NCBI GenBank assembly: GCA_963662945.1
Contig: OY759974.1
Coordinates: forward strand, 2,112,001-2,176,000
Direction: 5' to 3'
Length of the DNA stretch: 64,000 nt
DNA from: Arcobacteraceae bacterium
GTDB taxonomy: Bacteria > Campylobacterota > Campylobacteria > Campylobacterales > Arcobacteraceae
The position numbers and the translations under genes were made by a program. The first letter of the stretch is position 1; the number at the start of each line of letters is the position of its first letter. The notes under the pieces were generated by a model that was not told where the DNA came from, did no database searches, and worked only from the letters and a program-made list of their open reading frames with translations. Below are positions 9,562 to 18,069 of the stretch, piece after piece.

Positions 9562-10266
9562 TTATGACATAATCTCTTCAATAGTGATGTAATCACCAAC
9601 TCTACCAGTCATTTGCTCTACATCTGTATTTACTGGAAGTGTTTTTTTACCTGGAACCCATCCTGCTGGACAAACTTCACCTGTTTTTTCTGCATGTTGC
9701 CAAGCTCTTACTTGTCTTAAAAATTCATGCACATTTCTTCCTACCATTGGAGCTTGTACCTCTTGGGCTACTACAGTTCCCTCAGGATTGATTAAAAATC
9801 TTCCTCTAAGTGCAATACCTTCCTCTTCAATCATAACACCAAAAGCTCGACTAACTGCACCTGTAGTATCTGCACCAATTGTAAGTTGTAATCCTTTTAA
9901 TAATGGCTCAGTTTCAACAAATCTTTTATGTGAAAATTTTGTATCTGTTGATACTGCTAATATCTCAACGCCAAGTTCTTGAAACTCATCATATTTTGCA
10001 TTCATTGCAGCTATTTCTGTTGGACAAACAAATGTAAAATCTGCTGGATAAAAACACACTACTGACCATTTACCTTTGTAATCTTCACTACTTACTGTTT
10101 GGTAGTGACCTGTTTTTGCGTTATACGCATCCATTTTAAACTCTGGAGCTTTTCTTAATACTAATGATGAACTCATATTTTTTTCCTTTTTTTCTATTAT
10201 TTTATTTTCGTCTGTAGAGACAACTTGTTTTTCTTCTATTGGTTTTGCACCTGTATCGCAAGCCAT
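9562..10266 (-). CDS. 2-Cys peroxiredoxin (AhpC/PrxU-like) with N-terminal extension
   Basis: FYPADFTFVCPTE peroxidatic motif; GEVCPAGW resolving motif. Confidence 0.9.
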   Translation of the reverse strand: MACDTGAKPIEEKQVVSTDENKIIEKKEKNMSSSLVLRKAPEFKMDAYNAKTGHYQTVSSEDYKGKWSVVCFYPADFTFVCPTEIAAMNAKYDEFQELGVEILAVSTDTKFSHKRFVETEPLLKGLQLTIGADTTGAVSRAFGVMIEEEGIALRGRFLINPEGTVVAQEVQAPMVGRNVHEFLRQVRAWQHAEKTGEVCPAGWVPGKKTLPVNTDVEQMTGRVGDYITIEEIMS

Positions 10267-10403
10267 TTTATTTCCTTTATGTTAAAAGTGATGAAAGTAT
10301 ATCTAAAGGAAAAAAATTATCCTTTAGAAGTAATTATTATAATATTTTATTAAGATTAATATAAGTAAATGATTATTTAATTATAAGGAAAGAGTTGTAA
10401 AGA

Positions 10404-11792
10404 TTATATGAAAAGTAAAAATAATCCCAAGCCAAGGATAAACACTAAACTTCCATACTCAAATACTTTTTTTAAAGTATTGTTTTGTGAGGATTTTTTC
10501 CTTACATTGATACTTAGGTAGGCAGTGATAAAGATGATTAAACTCATCCCTAAGCTCATAAATATAGCACTTAAAAATCCTACATAATAAATTCCAAGTC
10601 CAAAAGTAAAGATAAAGATAGTTACAGTTCCAGGGCAGGGTACAATTCCTGCAGCTAGTATCACCCCTAAATCTTCACTTTTTGTGTTACATCCGCTACA
10701 TCCACAGCTTGGTGCATTTGGATTGTGTATAGAAAAAGTAAGTTTATTTGTAGTTTTATATTTTTTATAGATAAGGTATAAAGCTATAGATATGATAATA
10801 ACAGCACTTAATTTTGTAGCCACATATTCAATATCTGTTATAAAGCTTATAAATAATAAATTAAGAACAAAATATATAAACATAGTAAGTAAAAATGCAC
10901 TAAAAGTATGAACAACCCCTATAAGTAATGAGATATTAAAAGCTTTTACAACAGAGCGATTTTCACTTAAAAAGTAGCTAGAAACTAAACTTTTTCCATG
11001 ACCAGGACCAAGGGCATGCAAAATTCCATAAGCAAAAGAGAAGAATAATAGCCACAAATAAGAGCTAATAGAATTTGTTTGTTTTATATCAGTTAAAAGT
11101 GTTTGAATTTTTTCTTTATAAAGTTTTAATTGCTGTGATAATTCTTGAAACAAATCTGTTTTATGTTTGGATTCTATAACAGTTGTTATATTTTTTTCAG
11201 GAGTCTTTTTTAGTACAATTGATGGGTCATTAAACTCAATTATTGCATAATGTTCAAAAGGTTTAATAATATATTTACCCTGATAGTTTTCTAAAATTAT
11301 ATCTTCTAATTTAAAGTTAAAATTATTTTGCTCATCTAAAAAAGAAATTCTTAATATATGGTTGTATTGAGGCATAAAGTCTGCATCAAAACTAAAAGAA
11401 TAATACATAAAACCATTTTCAAATAACATTTTTTTTGAGTTAGGTTTGATATTTAAAGGTTTTTTTGAGATAAAATGTTTTTGTGCATAGGTTATATGTG
11501 TAAGATAATTAAAATTATTGAGATAATCTTCTAAAGCTTTTGTAATAGCTTCTTGTTCTTCTTTATCAAATTTTCCATTTGAATTTTGATCATATTGCGT
11601 AAGACTTGAAACAAATTTTTTATCAAATTTCCATTGAACTTCAAAGTGTGTTGTGGTTGGAAGTGTGGATACTTTTGTTGTAACAGTTACAACTGGTATA
11701 TCCATTTGACATAAAGCACAACCAAAACTGGCTGTGCTTGTAAAAAGTGTTAATAAAATATAGAATAAAATTTTATTTATTGGCAATTGCAT
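10404..11792 (-). CDS. Fusion of a DUF1007-like periplasmic domain and an RcnA/NiCoT-like metal transporter (ZevA-ZevB-like)
   Basis: Signal peptide, WKFD...D..GKFD in the N-terminal part; membrane part YGILHALGPGHGK, HTFSA, GIVPCPG. Confidence 0.75.
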   Translation of the reverse strand: MQLPINKILFYILLTLFTSTASFGCALCQMDIPVVTVTTKVSTLPTTTHFEVQWKFDKKFVSSLTQYDQNSNGKFDKEEQEAITKALEDYLNNFNYLTHITYAQKHFISKKPLNIKPNSKKMLFENGFMYYSFSFDADFMPQYNHILRISFLDEQNNFNFKLEDIILENYQGKYIIKPFEHYAIIEFNDPSIVLKKTPEKNITTVIESKHKTDLFQELSQQLKLYKEKIQTLLTDIKQTNSISSYLWLLFFSFAYGILHALGPGHGKSLVSSYFLSENRSVVKAFNISLLIGVVHTFSAFLLTMFIYFVLNLLFISFITDIEYVATKLSAVIIISIALYLIYKKYKTTNKLTFSIHNPNAPSCGCSGCNTKSEDLGVILAAGIVPCPGTVTIFIFTFGLGIYYVGFLSAIFMSLGMSLIIFITAYLSINVRKKSSQNNTLKKVFEYGSLVFILGLGLFLLFI

Positions 11793-12666
11793 TTGCTAAT
11801 TGTATTAAATTTTCACTCCATTTTGGATTAAGAGGACTTACTTTTATTACAGGTATTCCAACTTCTTGAGCTATTTGCTTTGCTACTTTATCACTAAATT
11901 CAGGCGCAGTAAAAACTGCTTTTACTTTTTCTTCTTTTGCTTCATCTATTAAATATGCTACTTGTTTTGGTTTTGGATTTTTCCCACCAGCTTCAATTGC
12001 TACTTGTGTAAGTCCATAATCTCGTGCAAAATATCCCCAAGCTGGATGAAATACCATAAATTTTGTGCCACTTGCAGTATCTATCAATATTTTTTTGATA
12101 GTATGATCAGTTTGATTTATTTTTTCCAAAAATTTTTCATAGTTGTTTTTATAATATGCTTCATTTTTACTATCAAGTTTTACCAAGGCATTAAAAATAT
12201 TTTTTGCTATGATTTTTACATTTGCTGTACTTGTCCAGATATGTGGGTCTAATGAGTCATGTTCGTGTTCATGGTCATGATCTTCTTTGTCTGTTTTATG
12301 TTCATGCTCGTGTCCATCTTCCTCATGATGATGTTCACCCATAGGAATTTTTTCAACTCCTTTTGCAAGATTAACAATCTCCATATTTTTATTTTGGTCA
12401 GCAAATTTTGGAAGCCATGATTCTTCAAATTCAACTCCAATAGAAAAATATACATCAGCATTTGAAATATCTTTCATTTGTGATGGTTTTGGCTCATAAG
12501 AGTGAGGAGAACTTCCTGGTTTTACCATTAGAGCTACATTTACTTTATCTGCTCCAATTGCTTTAACAAAAGTTTGTTGAGGCAATACACTTACTACAGC
12601 ATTTACATTTGCATATAAAAAACTTGTAGCTGTAAAAATAGTTGTTACTAGTAATTTTTTTATCAT
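11773..12666 (-). CDS. znuA: Zinc-binding periplasmic protein (ZnuA/TroA family)
   Basis: SPHSYEPKP, His/acidic loop EHHHEEDGHEHEH, DPHIW, VFHPAWGYF. Confidence 0.85.
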   Translation of the reverse strand: MIKKLLVTTIFTATSFLYANVNAVVSVLPQQTFVKAIGADKVNVALMVKPGSSPHSYEPKPSQMKDISNADVYFSIGVEFEESWLPKFADQNKNMEIVNLAKGVEKIPMGEHHHEEDGHEHEHKTDKEDHDHEHEHDSLDPHIWTSTANVKIIAKNIFNALVKLDSKNEAYYKNNYEKFLEKINQTDHTIKKILIDTASGTKFMVFHPAWGYFARDYGLTQVAIEAGGKNPKPKQVAYLIDEAKEEKVKAVFTAPEFSDKVAKQIAQEVGIPVIKVSPLNPKWSENLIQLANAIANK

Positions 12667-12677
12667 TTTCTATCCTT

Positions 12678-13523
12678 TTAGAATTTGTATTTTAACATTA
12701 ATGATGTAACTTTTGTATCTACATCATCTTGTCTTTCTGGTAATTCTTTACCATTTTGATATGAGTATTTTACCATTATATCAAAGTTTTTAAATTGTTT
12801 TCCAAAACTTACCATATAGGTTTTGTCTTGTTCCATTGCATGATGTTGTACTTTGTTTCCATCATCCATAACTGTAAATATTCTTTTCCCAAAAAAAGCA
12901 CCAACACCAGCAACATATCCTTGATAATTCATACCTAGTTTTACACCAGTAGTAAAATAATCTTTATCTTGGAAACTATAAGTTGCATATTTATCACCAT
13001 CTATTTTGATAGTTTTTGCAATAACTGATGCTTTTAATTTTGTTTCACCGATTTTAAAACCTTTGAAAACTGATACATCATATTGATTTACATTAAACTG
13101 CTCATAGTCACTTTTATAGTAATCAAGTGCTACACCAAAACCTTTGTTAATATTATATATTCCACCTAGTCCATATACTTTCCCTTGATCTGTTGGAGCA
13201 AGGTTATCAAGTATTTTGATATAACTTGTTTTTAAAGTAAAAAGTTCATTGAAATTATACTTATAATTTACATTGTATTTTTTTACATGTAAAGTATCAA
13301 TAGGTCTATGAGTAACTGGATTTTCTCTATCTACACTATCTTGCTGATAGTTTAATTGTATTGTAGAGTTTTCATAATTATGCATTGTTCCAACTGTATA
13401 AATTGTACCATCTTTTTTGGTTTTAGAGTTAGTATAGTCTTTGATTCCTGCATCTAAATATATGTTACTATTAGCAGTTAAAAAAGAGCTACAAACAACT
13501 AAACCAAACACTAATTTTTTCAA
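12678..13523 (-). CDS. Uncharacterised outer-membrane beta-barrel protein
   Basis: Start reassigned to TTG 13523 (SD AAGGAG 6 nt upstream); signal peptide, amphipathic strands, C-terminal LKYKF; QHHAME loop. Confidence 0.65.
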   Translation of the reverse strand: MKKLVFGLVVCSSFLTANSNIYLDAGIKDYTNSKTKKDGTIYTVGTMHNYENSTIQLNYQQDSVDRENPVTHRPIDTLHVKKYNVNYKYNFNELFTLKTSYIKILDNLAPTDQGKVYGLGGIYNINKGFGVALDYYKSDYEQFNVNQYDVSVFKGFKIGETKLKASVIAKTIKIDGDKYATYSFQDKDYFTTGVKLGMNYQGYVAGVGAFFGKRIFTVMDDGNKVQHHAMEQDKTYMVSFGKQFKNFDIMVKYSYQNGKELPERQDDVDTKVTSLMLKYKF

Positions 13524-13537
13524 ATACTTCTCCTTGT

Positions 13538-13552
13538 TGCAACTTAGTTGCA
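13538..13552. promoter_or_regulatory. Palindrome TGCAACTTAGTTGCA, putative Zur-type operator (copy 1)
   Basis: Perfect 7-1-7 inverted repeat between the -10 element (TATACT, 13567-13572, minus strand) and the RBS. Confidence 0.7.
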
Positions 13553-13589
13553 TTTAATATTTCGGAAGTATATATGAAAAAATCTTAAG

Positions 13590-13604
13590 TGCGACTTAGT
13601 TGCA
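13590..13604. promoter_or_regulatory. TGCGACTTAGTTGCA, putative Zur-type operator (copy 2)
   Basis: 14/15 identical to copy 1; lies over the -35 region. Confidence 0.65.
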
Positions 13605-13616
13605 TTACAATAAGTT

Positions 13617-14804
13617 TTATTCCTTGATTAAATGCTCATATCTCTTATCAGTCAAAAGTTTCATAAAAGCTACCAAAGCCTCCACTTTTCTTTCACTTAA
13701 AGGCTTTCCAACAGTTAAAAGTTTCATATCATCTTTGGCAATCTCTACTTCTGGTTTATTCCAAACTTTTCCTGTCTCTGGATTTATAGTATTTTCTTTA
13801 TTGGTATATTTATCATAAAACTTTACAACAGTTTTTAAGTCTTGAAATACACCATTATGCATATAAGGGGCTGTTACCGCTATGTTTCTTAGTGTTGGTA
13901 CTTTTATTTTTCCATCGTATTGTTTTGCATTTGGTAGTTTTTTTATCTCTGGATTTTGTAAGAGACCATGATCTACGAAAGTATGTGGATCTACTACATT
14001 TTTTTCCATTAAAGTTTTGTTTTGTGGTACTCCTATATTGTGATACTGGTAGTTTGAAAAAGTTTCTTGAGGTGCATCTTCTGTTTTTAGCATATGACAC
14101 GAAGCACAATTTGTGTTGTTGTTACTAAAAAAGAGTGTTCTTCCCAAATCTTCTAAAGCAGTTAGATCATATTCACCTTTTAAAAATCTATCATATTTAC
14201 TATCAAAAGGGGCAAATTGTTCTGTTTTTTCAAAACTTGCAATGGCTTGTGCCATCATAGAGTAGGCTTTGTCACTATCTTTGAAAATATCTTCCCCATA
14301 GATTTTTTTGAACTCTTGATTGTATGTTGGACTATTTTGAAGTCTTTTTACTAAGTATTGGGCTGAGGGCATTCCCATCTCTACAGAGTTCATAGGAGGT
14401 CCACCTGCTTGTCCCTCTAAAGTATGTTCTCTTCCATCATAAAATTGTCCACCAATATATTGTTTTTTCTTTTTATCGTAGTGAAATTTTGGACTAAACA
14501 TTGCATAAGAGGCAGTGGGTGCATTTCTATCTCCGATACTTTTTCCATCATCTCCTAAGCTTCCTGCCCCTTTTACACCATTATCTCTCTCATCTATAAA
14601 TCCATGTTGTGGATTGTGGCAGGTTGCACAGGATTGGGTTTTGTTTTTGGATAAAATAGGGTCAAAAAAAAGTTTTTCCCCTAATGCTATCTCTTGTTTC
14701 TCTTTTAATTTTGCTGTTTGTGTATCAATATTATTTGAACTACATCCTGCAAATATTATTAGGGTAGTTGCTATTGATAAACCTATTTTAAATTCTTTTG
14801 CCAT
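13617..14804 (-). CDS. MauG/bCcP-superfamily dihaem lipoprotein (His-Tyr type)
   Basis: Lipobox FAGC, CATCH and CASCH, QFYDGR, PYMHNGVFQDLKTVVKFY. Confidence 0.85.
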   Translation of the reverse strand: MAKEFKIGLSIATTLIIFAGCSSNNIDTQTAKLKEKQEIALGEKLFFDPILSKNKTQSCATCHNPQHGFIDERDNGVKGAGSLGDDGKSIGDRNAPTASYAMFSPKFHYDKKKKQYIGGQFYDGREHTLEGQAGGPPMNSVEMGMPSAQYLVKRLQNSPTYNQEFKKIYGEDIFKDSDKAYSMMAQAIASFEKTEQFAPFDSKYDRFLKGEYDLTALEDLGRTLFFSNNNTNCASCHMLKTEDAPQETFSNYQYHNIGVPQNKTLMEKNVVDPHTFVDHGLLQNPEIKKLPNAKQYDGKIKVPTLRNIAVTAPYMHNGVFQDLKTVVKFYDKYTNKENTINPETGKVWNKPEVEIAKDDMKLLTVGKPLSERKVEALVAFMKLLTDKRYEHLIKE

Positions 14805-15705
14805 ATTTAACTCCTAGTTTTTTAAATGGGATAAATAAAAGGTTTGATATTGTTTGAAAATCTTTTATCTCTACTCCAAAATGTATTTTTTCATTGTTTT
14901 TTATTGTGTGTGAAAGTTGTAAAGTTCCAAAAACTTTATCCCAGATTGCTAAATATCCACCATAGTTTTTGTTGTAGTATTTTGTACTATGGTGTAGTTG
15001 ATGTCCATAAGGGGAGATAAAAATATTTTCTAAAACTTTTGGATAGGAAAGTTTGATATGTGAATGTCTTAAATTTGAACCCATAAGTGAGAAAAAAAAC
15101 AATATCACATTAACTCCAACTATCTCAATAACACCAATCATCGCACCAAAAAAGTATATAAATATTCCACTTACAAGCCCAATACTTAAAGAATACCGCA
15201 GTGCAAATAAGATATTTTCTATTGGATGTATTCTATAAAAAGTGAGTGGATTTAATACTTTTGCACTATGATGTACTTTGTGAAATTCCCAAAGAATAGG
15301 GATAGTATGTAAAAACCTATGTATCCAATATCTTGTAAAATCACTCACTAGAAAAAGAGTAATAGTAAAAAGTATCATCACTTCTGTGTAAGAAAAATAT
15401 GTAACTTTTACAAAACCATAATTTTCTAGTAAAAATTTATAAGTCAAAAGTGTTATCTCTTTTGCACTTACAATAATTGGTAATATCAAAAGTGTTTTGA
15501 TAAAAAATGAAACTATAAAATATTTATAGTCTAGTAGGGCACTTTTATGAAACCATAGTTGAGGGCTTAAGTTTATCCTTCTCTCTTTTTTATACACTAA
15601 AAGATATACGGAAGCTATAAAAAGTGATGAGAGGATATACACCCAATAGATTCTTTTACTTGGACTAAAAAGTGCTATAAAAGAATCAACTAAACTAGTT
15701 TCCAT
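14788..15705 (-). CDS. Fatty acid hydroxylase / sterol desaturase family di-iron membrane enzyme
   Basis: His boxes YWIHRFLH, FHKVHH, LRHSH, HQLHH; NYGG...WDKVFGT. Confidence 0.9.
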   Translation of the reverse strand: METSLVDSFIALFSPSKRIYWVYILSSLFIASVYLLVYKKERRINLSPQLWFHKSALLDYKYFIVSFFIKTLLILPIIVSAKEITLLTYKFLLENYGFVKVTYFSYTEVMILFTITLFLVSDFTRYWIHRFLHTIPILWEFHKVHHSAKVLNPLTFYRIHPIENILFALRYSLSIGLVSGIFIYFFGAMIGVIEIVGVNVILFFFSLMGSNLRHSHIKLSYPKVLENIFISPYGHQLHHSTKYYNKNYGGYLAIWDKVFGTLQLSHTIKNNEKIHFGVEIKDFQTISNLLFIPFKKLGVKYGKRI

Positions 15706-15708
15706 ATA

Positions 15709-16668
15709 TCAATCTCCGTCCGCATCCAAGATTTTTGCTGTAACTTTTAACTCATCAATAAGTGAAATATAATAAGCTATATGAAGTTTTTTAAGATTTT
15801 CATATAACTCTTGCGTGTGTGTTAAATCATCATTTTTTATCTTGGCTGTATTTTTCAAGGCATTATTGAGATACTGTGTAGTTTCTTTTAATACTTTTGT
15901 TGCACCATAATCTTGTAAAGTATCTCCAAAGTTTTTAAAACTTTGAGTATCAAGTACTCTTTTGTGTGTTTCAAGGATTGATTGAATTGCTAAAACACTA
16001 TTTTTACTTATAGTATATTCAGCCCTTGAATTATCTGGTTTGTTTTCATGTTTTTTTGTAAAACCAGCTGTATCTCCAACTCTCCACTCGGTAAGTTTAT
16101 AAGAGTTTTCACTCAAAGAGTTTAATATAATAGCATTTGCTTTAAGTTCATTTTTTATAAATTTTTCTTTTTGTTGTAAATATCCATTATAAATCTCAGT
16201 AAGATTGTTTTCCATGGTTTGTAAAATAATAAGTGTAATATCTTTTATTCTTTGATTATGAAGATTTTTTGTAAATAAGATATATTCTAAAGCATTGATA
16301 GTTTTATGTGAGTTTTTATACAAACTTATTTTTAAATCCTCAGAGCTAGCTATAATCAAATCAAGTTGTTCTTTTATATCTTCATTGCCTTGATGAAAAG
16401 TATCTAAATATCTTGGTGTATCTAGATAGTTTTCATCTAAATCTCCCAAGATATAAAAGGCTTCTATGCTTTTCCAACTTTTTACAATATTTTTAAAATC
16501 ATTTTGTACCATACCGAAGTTATCTTGTTTGATATGTTTTTGTAAAGTTTTTACATCTTCTATACTTTGTTTACTATTTTTTAAAATAACATTGTCATAC
16601 AAAGAGATTAAGTTCTCATTTGCAAATAGTGTATTTAGTAAAAATACAACTCCTAATATCCATCTCAT
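15709..16668 (-). CDS. Imelysin-like (peptidase M75 fold) periplasmic protein with degenerate metal motif
   Basis: Signal peptide, TINALEYILF (HxxE His absent), C-terminal DADGD; context. Confidence 0.7.
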   Translation of the reverse strand: MRWILGVVFLLNTLFANENLISLYDNVILKNSKQSIEDVKTLQKHIKQDNFGMVQNDFKNIVKSWKSIEAFYILGDLDENYLDTPRYLDTFHQGNEDIKEQLDLIIASSEDLKISLYKNSHKTINALEYILFTKNLHNQRIKDITLIILQTMENNLTEIYNGYLQQKEKFIKNELKANAIILNSLSENSYKLTEWRVGDTAGFTKKHENKPDNSRAEYTISKNSVLAIQSILETHKRVLDTQSFKNFGDTLQDYGATKVLKETTQYLNNALKNTAKIKNDDLTHTQELYENLKKLHIAYYISLIDELKVTAKILDADGD

Positions 16669-18069
16669 CTATAATTCCTTTATATAGTTTATAATTTTAT
16701 TTCGTTGATTTTCGGTTAAGCTCATAAAATCATTTTTGATTTGTAAAGCTTCGCCTGCGTGCCATAAAATAGCTTCTTCAATAGTTTTTGCTCTTCCATC
16801 ATGTAAAAATTCAGGTTCTTTCCCTAAAGTTAATTTATGTTTTCCTATTCCCCAAAGTGGAGCAGTTCTCCATTCATTTTTATTTGCTTTGAACTCCACT
16901 CTTCCATCACTTAAACCTTCACCCATATCGTGCAGTAACATATCTGTAAATGGTTTTATCACATAGCCAGAGTTCAGAGTATACGAAGGGATATGGCACT
17001 TTACACAACCAATTTGTGCAAAAAGTTTTTCCCCTTCAAGTTCTGTTATAGTTGATTTTGGAATTTTTAAATTTTTTAAATAAAATGCAATAGATTCCAG
17101 TCTATGCATTGGCAAATCAAAAGGTGTGCCAGCTCTTAATGTATCTCCTTTTGGAGCTTTGAGACAATTTTCTTGGGAGCTTGTACAGTTCTCATTTGGG
17201 AATAGGGGAGTTGTGAGACTCATATCATTATGGGCTGCTGCTGCACTTTGGTGTATCACTGATGGTGCTGAAGCTTTATAAGTATATCTTCCAACTTTAA
17301 AAGTTTTTTCAGATGGACTATAGACAATATTTGCTTTTCCTGATATTCCATCATTATTTTTATCTTCTATATCTTCATTTTTTAAGATTTGTTCATCGCT
17401 TAATTGTTCTAAAAGTCCCAAACCTAGAAGGGCAGGGGCAAGTCTAGAAGATAGTGAAACTTTTTCATTCATCTTTCCATAGTTTAAATGGGTAAGTTGA
17501 TTTTCAACTCCATGAAATGGTTGTTTTAGTGTAACTATTTTTCCATCTGGATAGGTTACTTTGATATCTTTATATGCTATAAGTGGCTTTGCTTCAAAAG
17601 GTACATCTTGTGAACCATTGATACTTATTTGTGAACCATAGGTTTCTTCACTTACAAAACCATTGTATTTGAGCATATCTTGATGTTGTTTTGAACCATT
17701 TGAGGGAATTGAAACTCTTAATATATATGATCTTGATATAGAACCATTTTCATTATAAAGTGAGCCTTTGCCATTTTTTGGATGACAGCTAATACAGGTA
17801 TTTGCATTGAAAAGTGGACCTAGTCCATCTCTTGCAGTTGTAGCACTTGGTGCTTCTACCCAAGGGATTCTATAAAAACTTTTTCCTTCTATAAACTTAT
17901 CTATTTGTTCATCATTTAAACCTGAGACTTGTTGTGAAAAAATATTTTTAGAAGAGTTTGTTGTTGTATAAATCTTATCAAGTTTTTCTTGTATTGTTTC
18001 ATTTGATAGAAGTGCAGTGGTAAAAACCACTGTACTTAAAAGAAAACTATATTTTAGTTTCTTCTGCAT
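16669..18069 (-). CDS. Di-haem oxidoreductase (DHOR/DUF1111 family)
   Basis: DGLGPLFNANTCISCH, CVKCH, TDMLLHDMG, WRTAPLWG, LHDGRA...AILWHAGE. Confidence 0.9.
   Translation of the reverse strand: MQKKLKYSFLLSTVVFTTALLSNETIQEKLDKIYTTTNSSKNIFSQQVSGLNDEQIDKFIEGKSFYRIPWVEAPSATTARDGLGPLFNANTCISCHPKNGKGSLYNENGSISRSYILRVSIPSNGSKQHQDMLKYNGFVSEETYGSQISINGSQDVPFEAKPLIAYKDIKVTYPDGKIVTLKQPFHGVENQLTHLNYGKMNEKVSLSSRLAPALLGLGLLEQLSDEQILKNEDIEDKNNDGISGKANIVYSPSEKTFKVGRYTYKASAPSVIHQSAAAAHNDMSLTTPLFPNENCTSSQENCLKAPKGDTLRAGTPFDLPMHRLESIAFYLKNLKIPKSTITELEGEKLFAQIGCVKCHIPSYTLNSGYVIKPFTDMLLHDMGEGLSDGRVEFKANKNEWRTAPLWGIGKHKLTLGKEPEFLHDGRAKTIEEAILWHAGEALQIKNDFMSLTENQRNKIINYIKEL

Noticed and set aside
9562-10266. Selenoprotein (UGA recoding) in the PrxU-like peroxiredoxin
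   Set aside because: The peroxidatic codon is TGT and there is no in-frame TGA
10330-10385. PerR-like box upstream of the peroxiredoxin (TAAATGATTATTTA region)
   Set aside because: Almost pure A/T; cannot be told from background without a PWM
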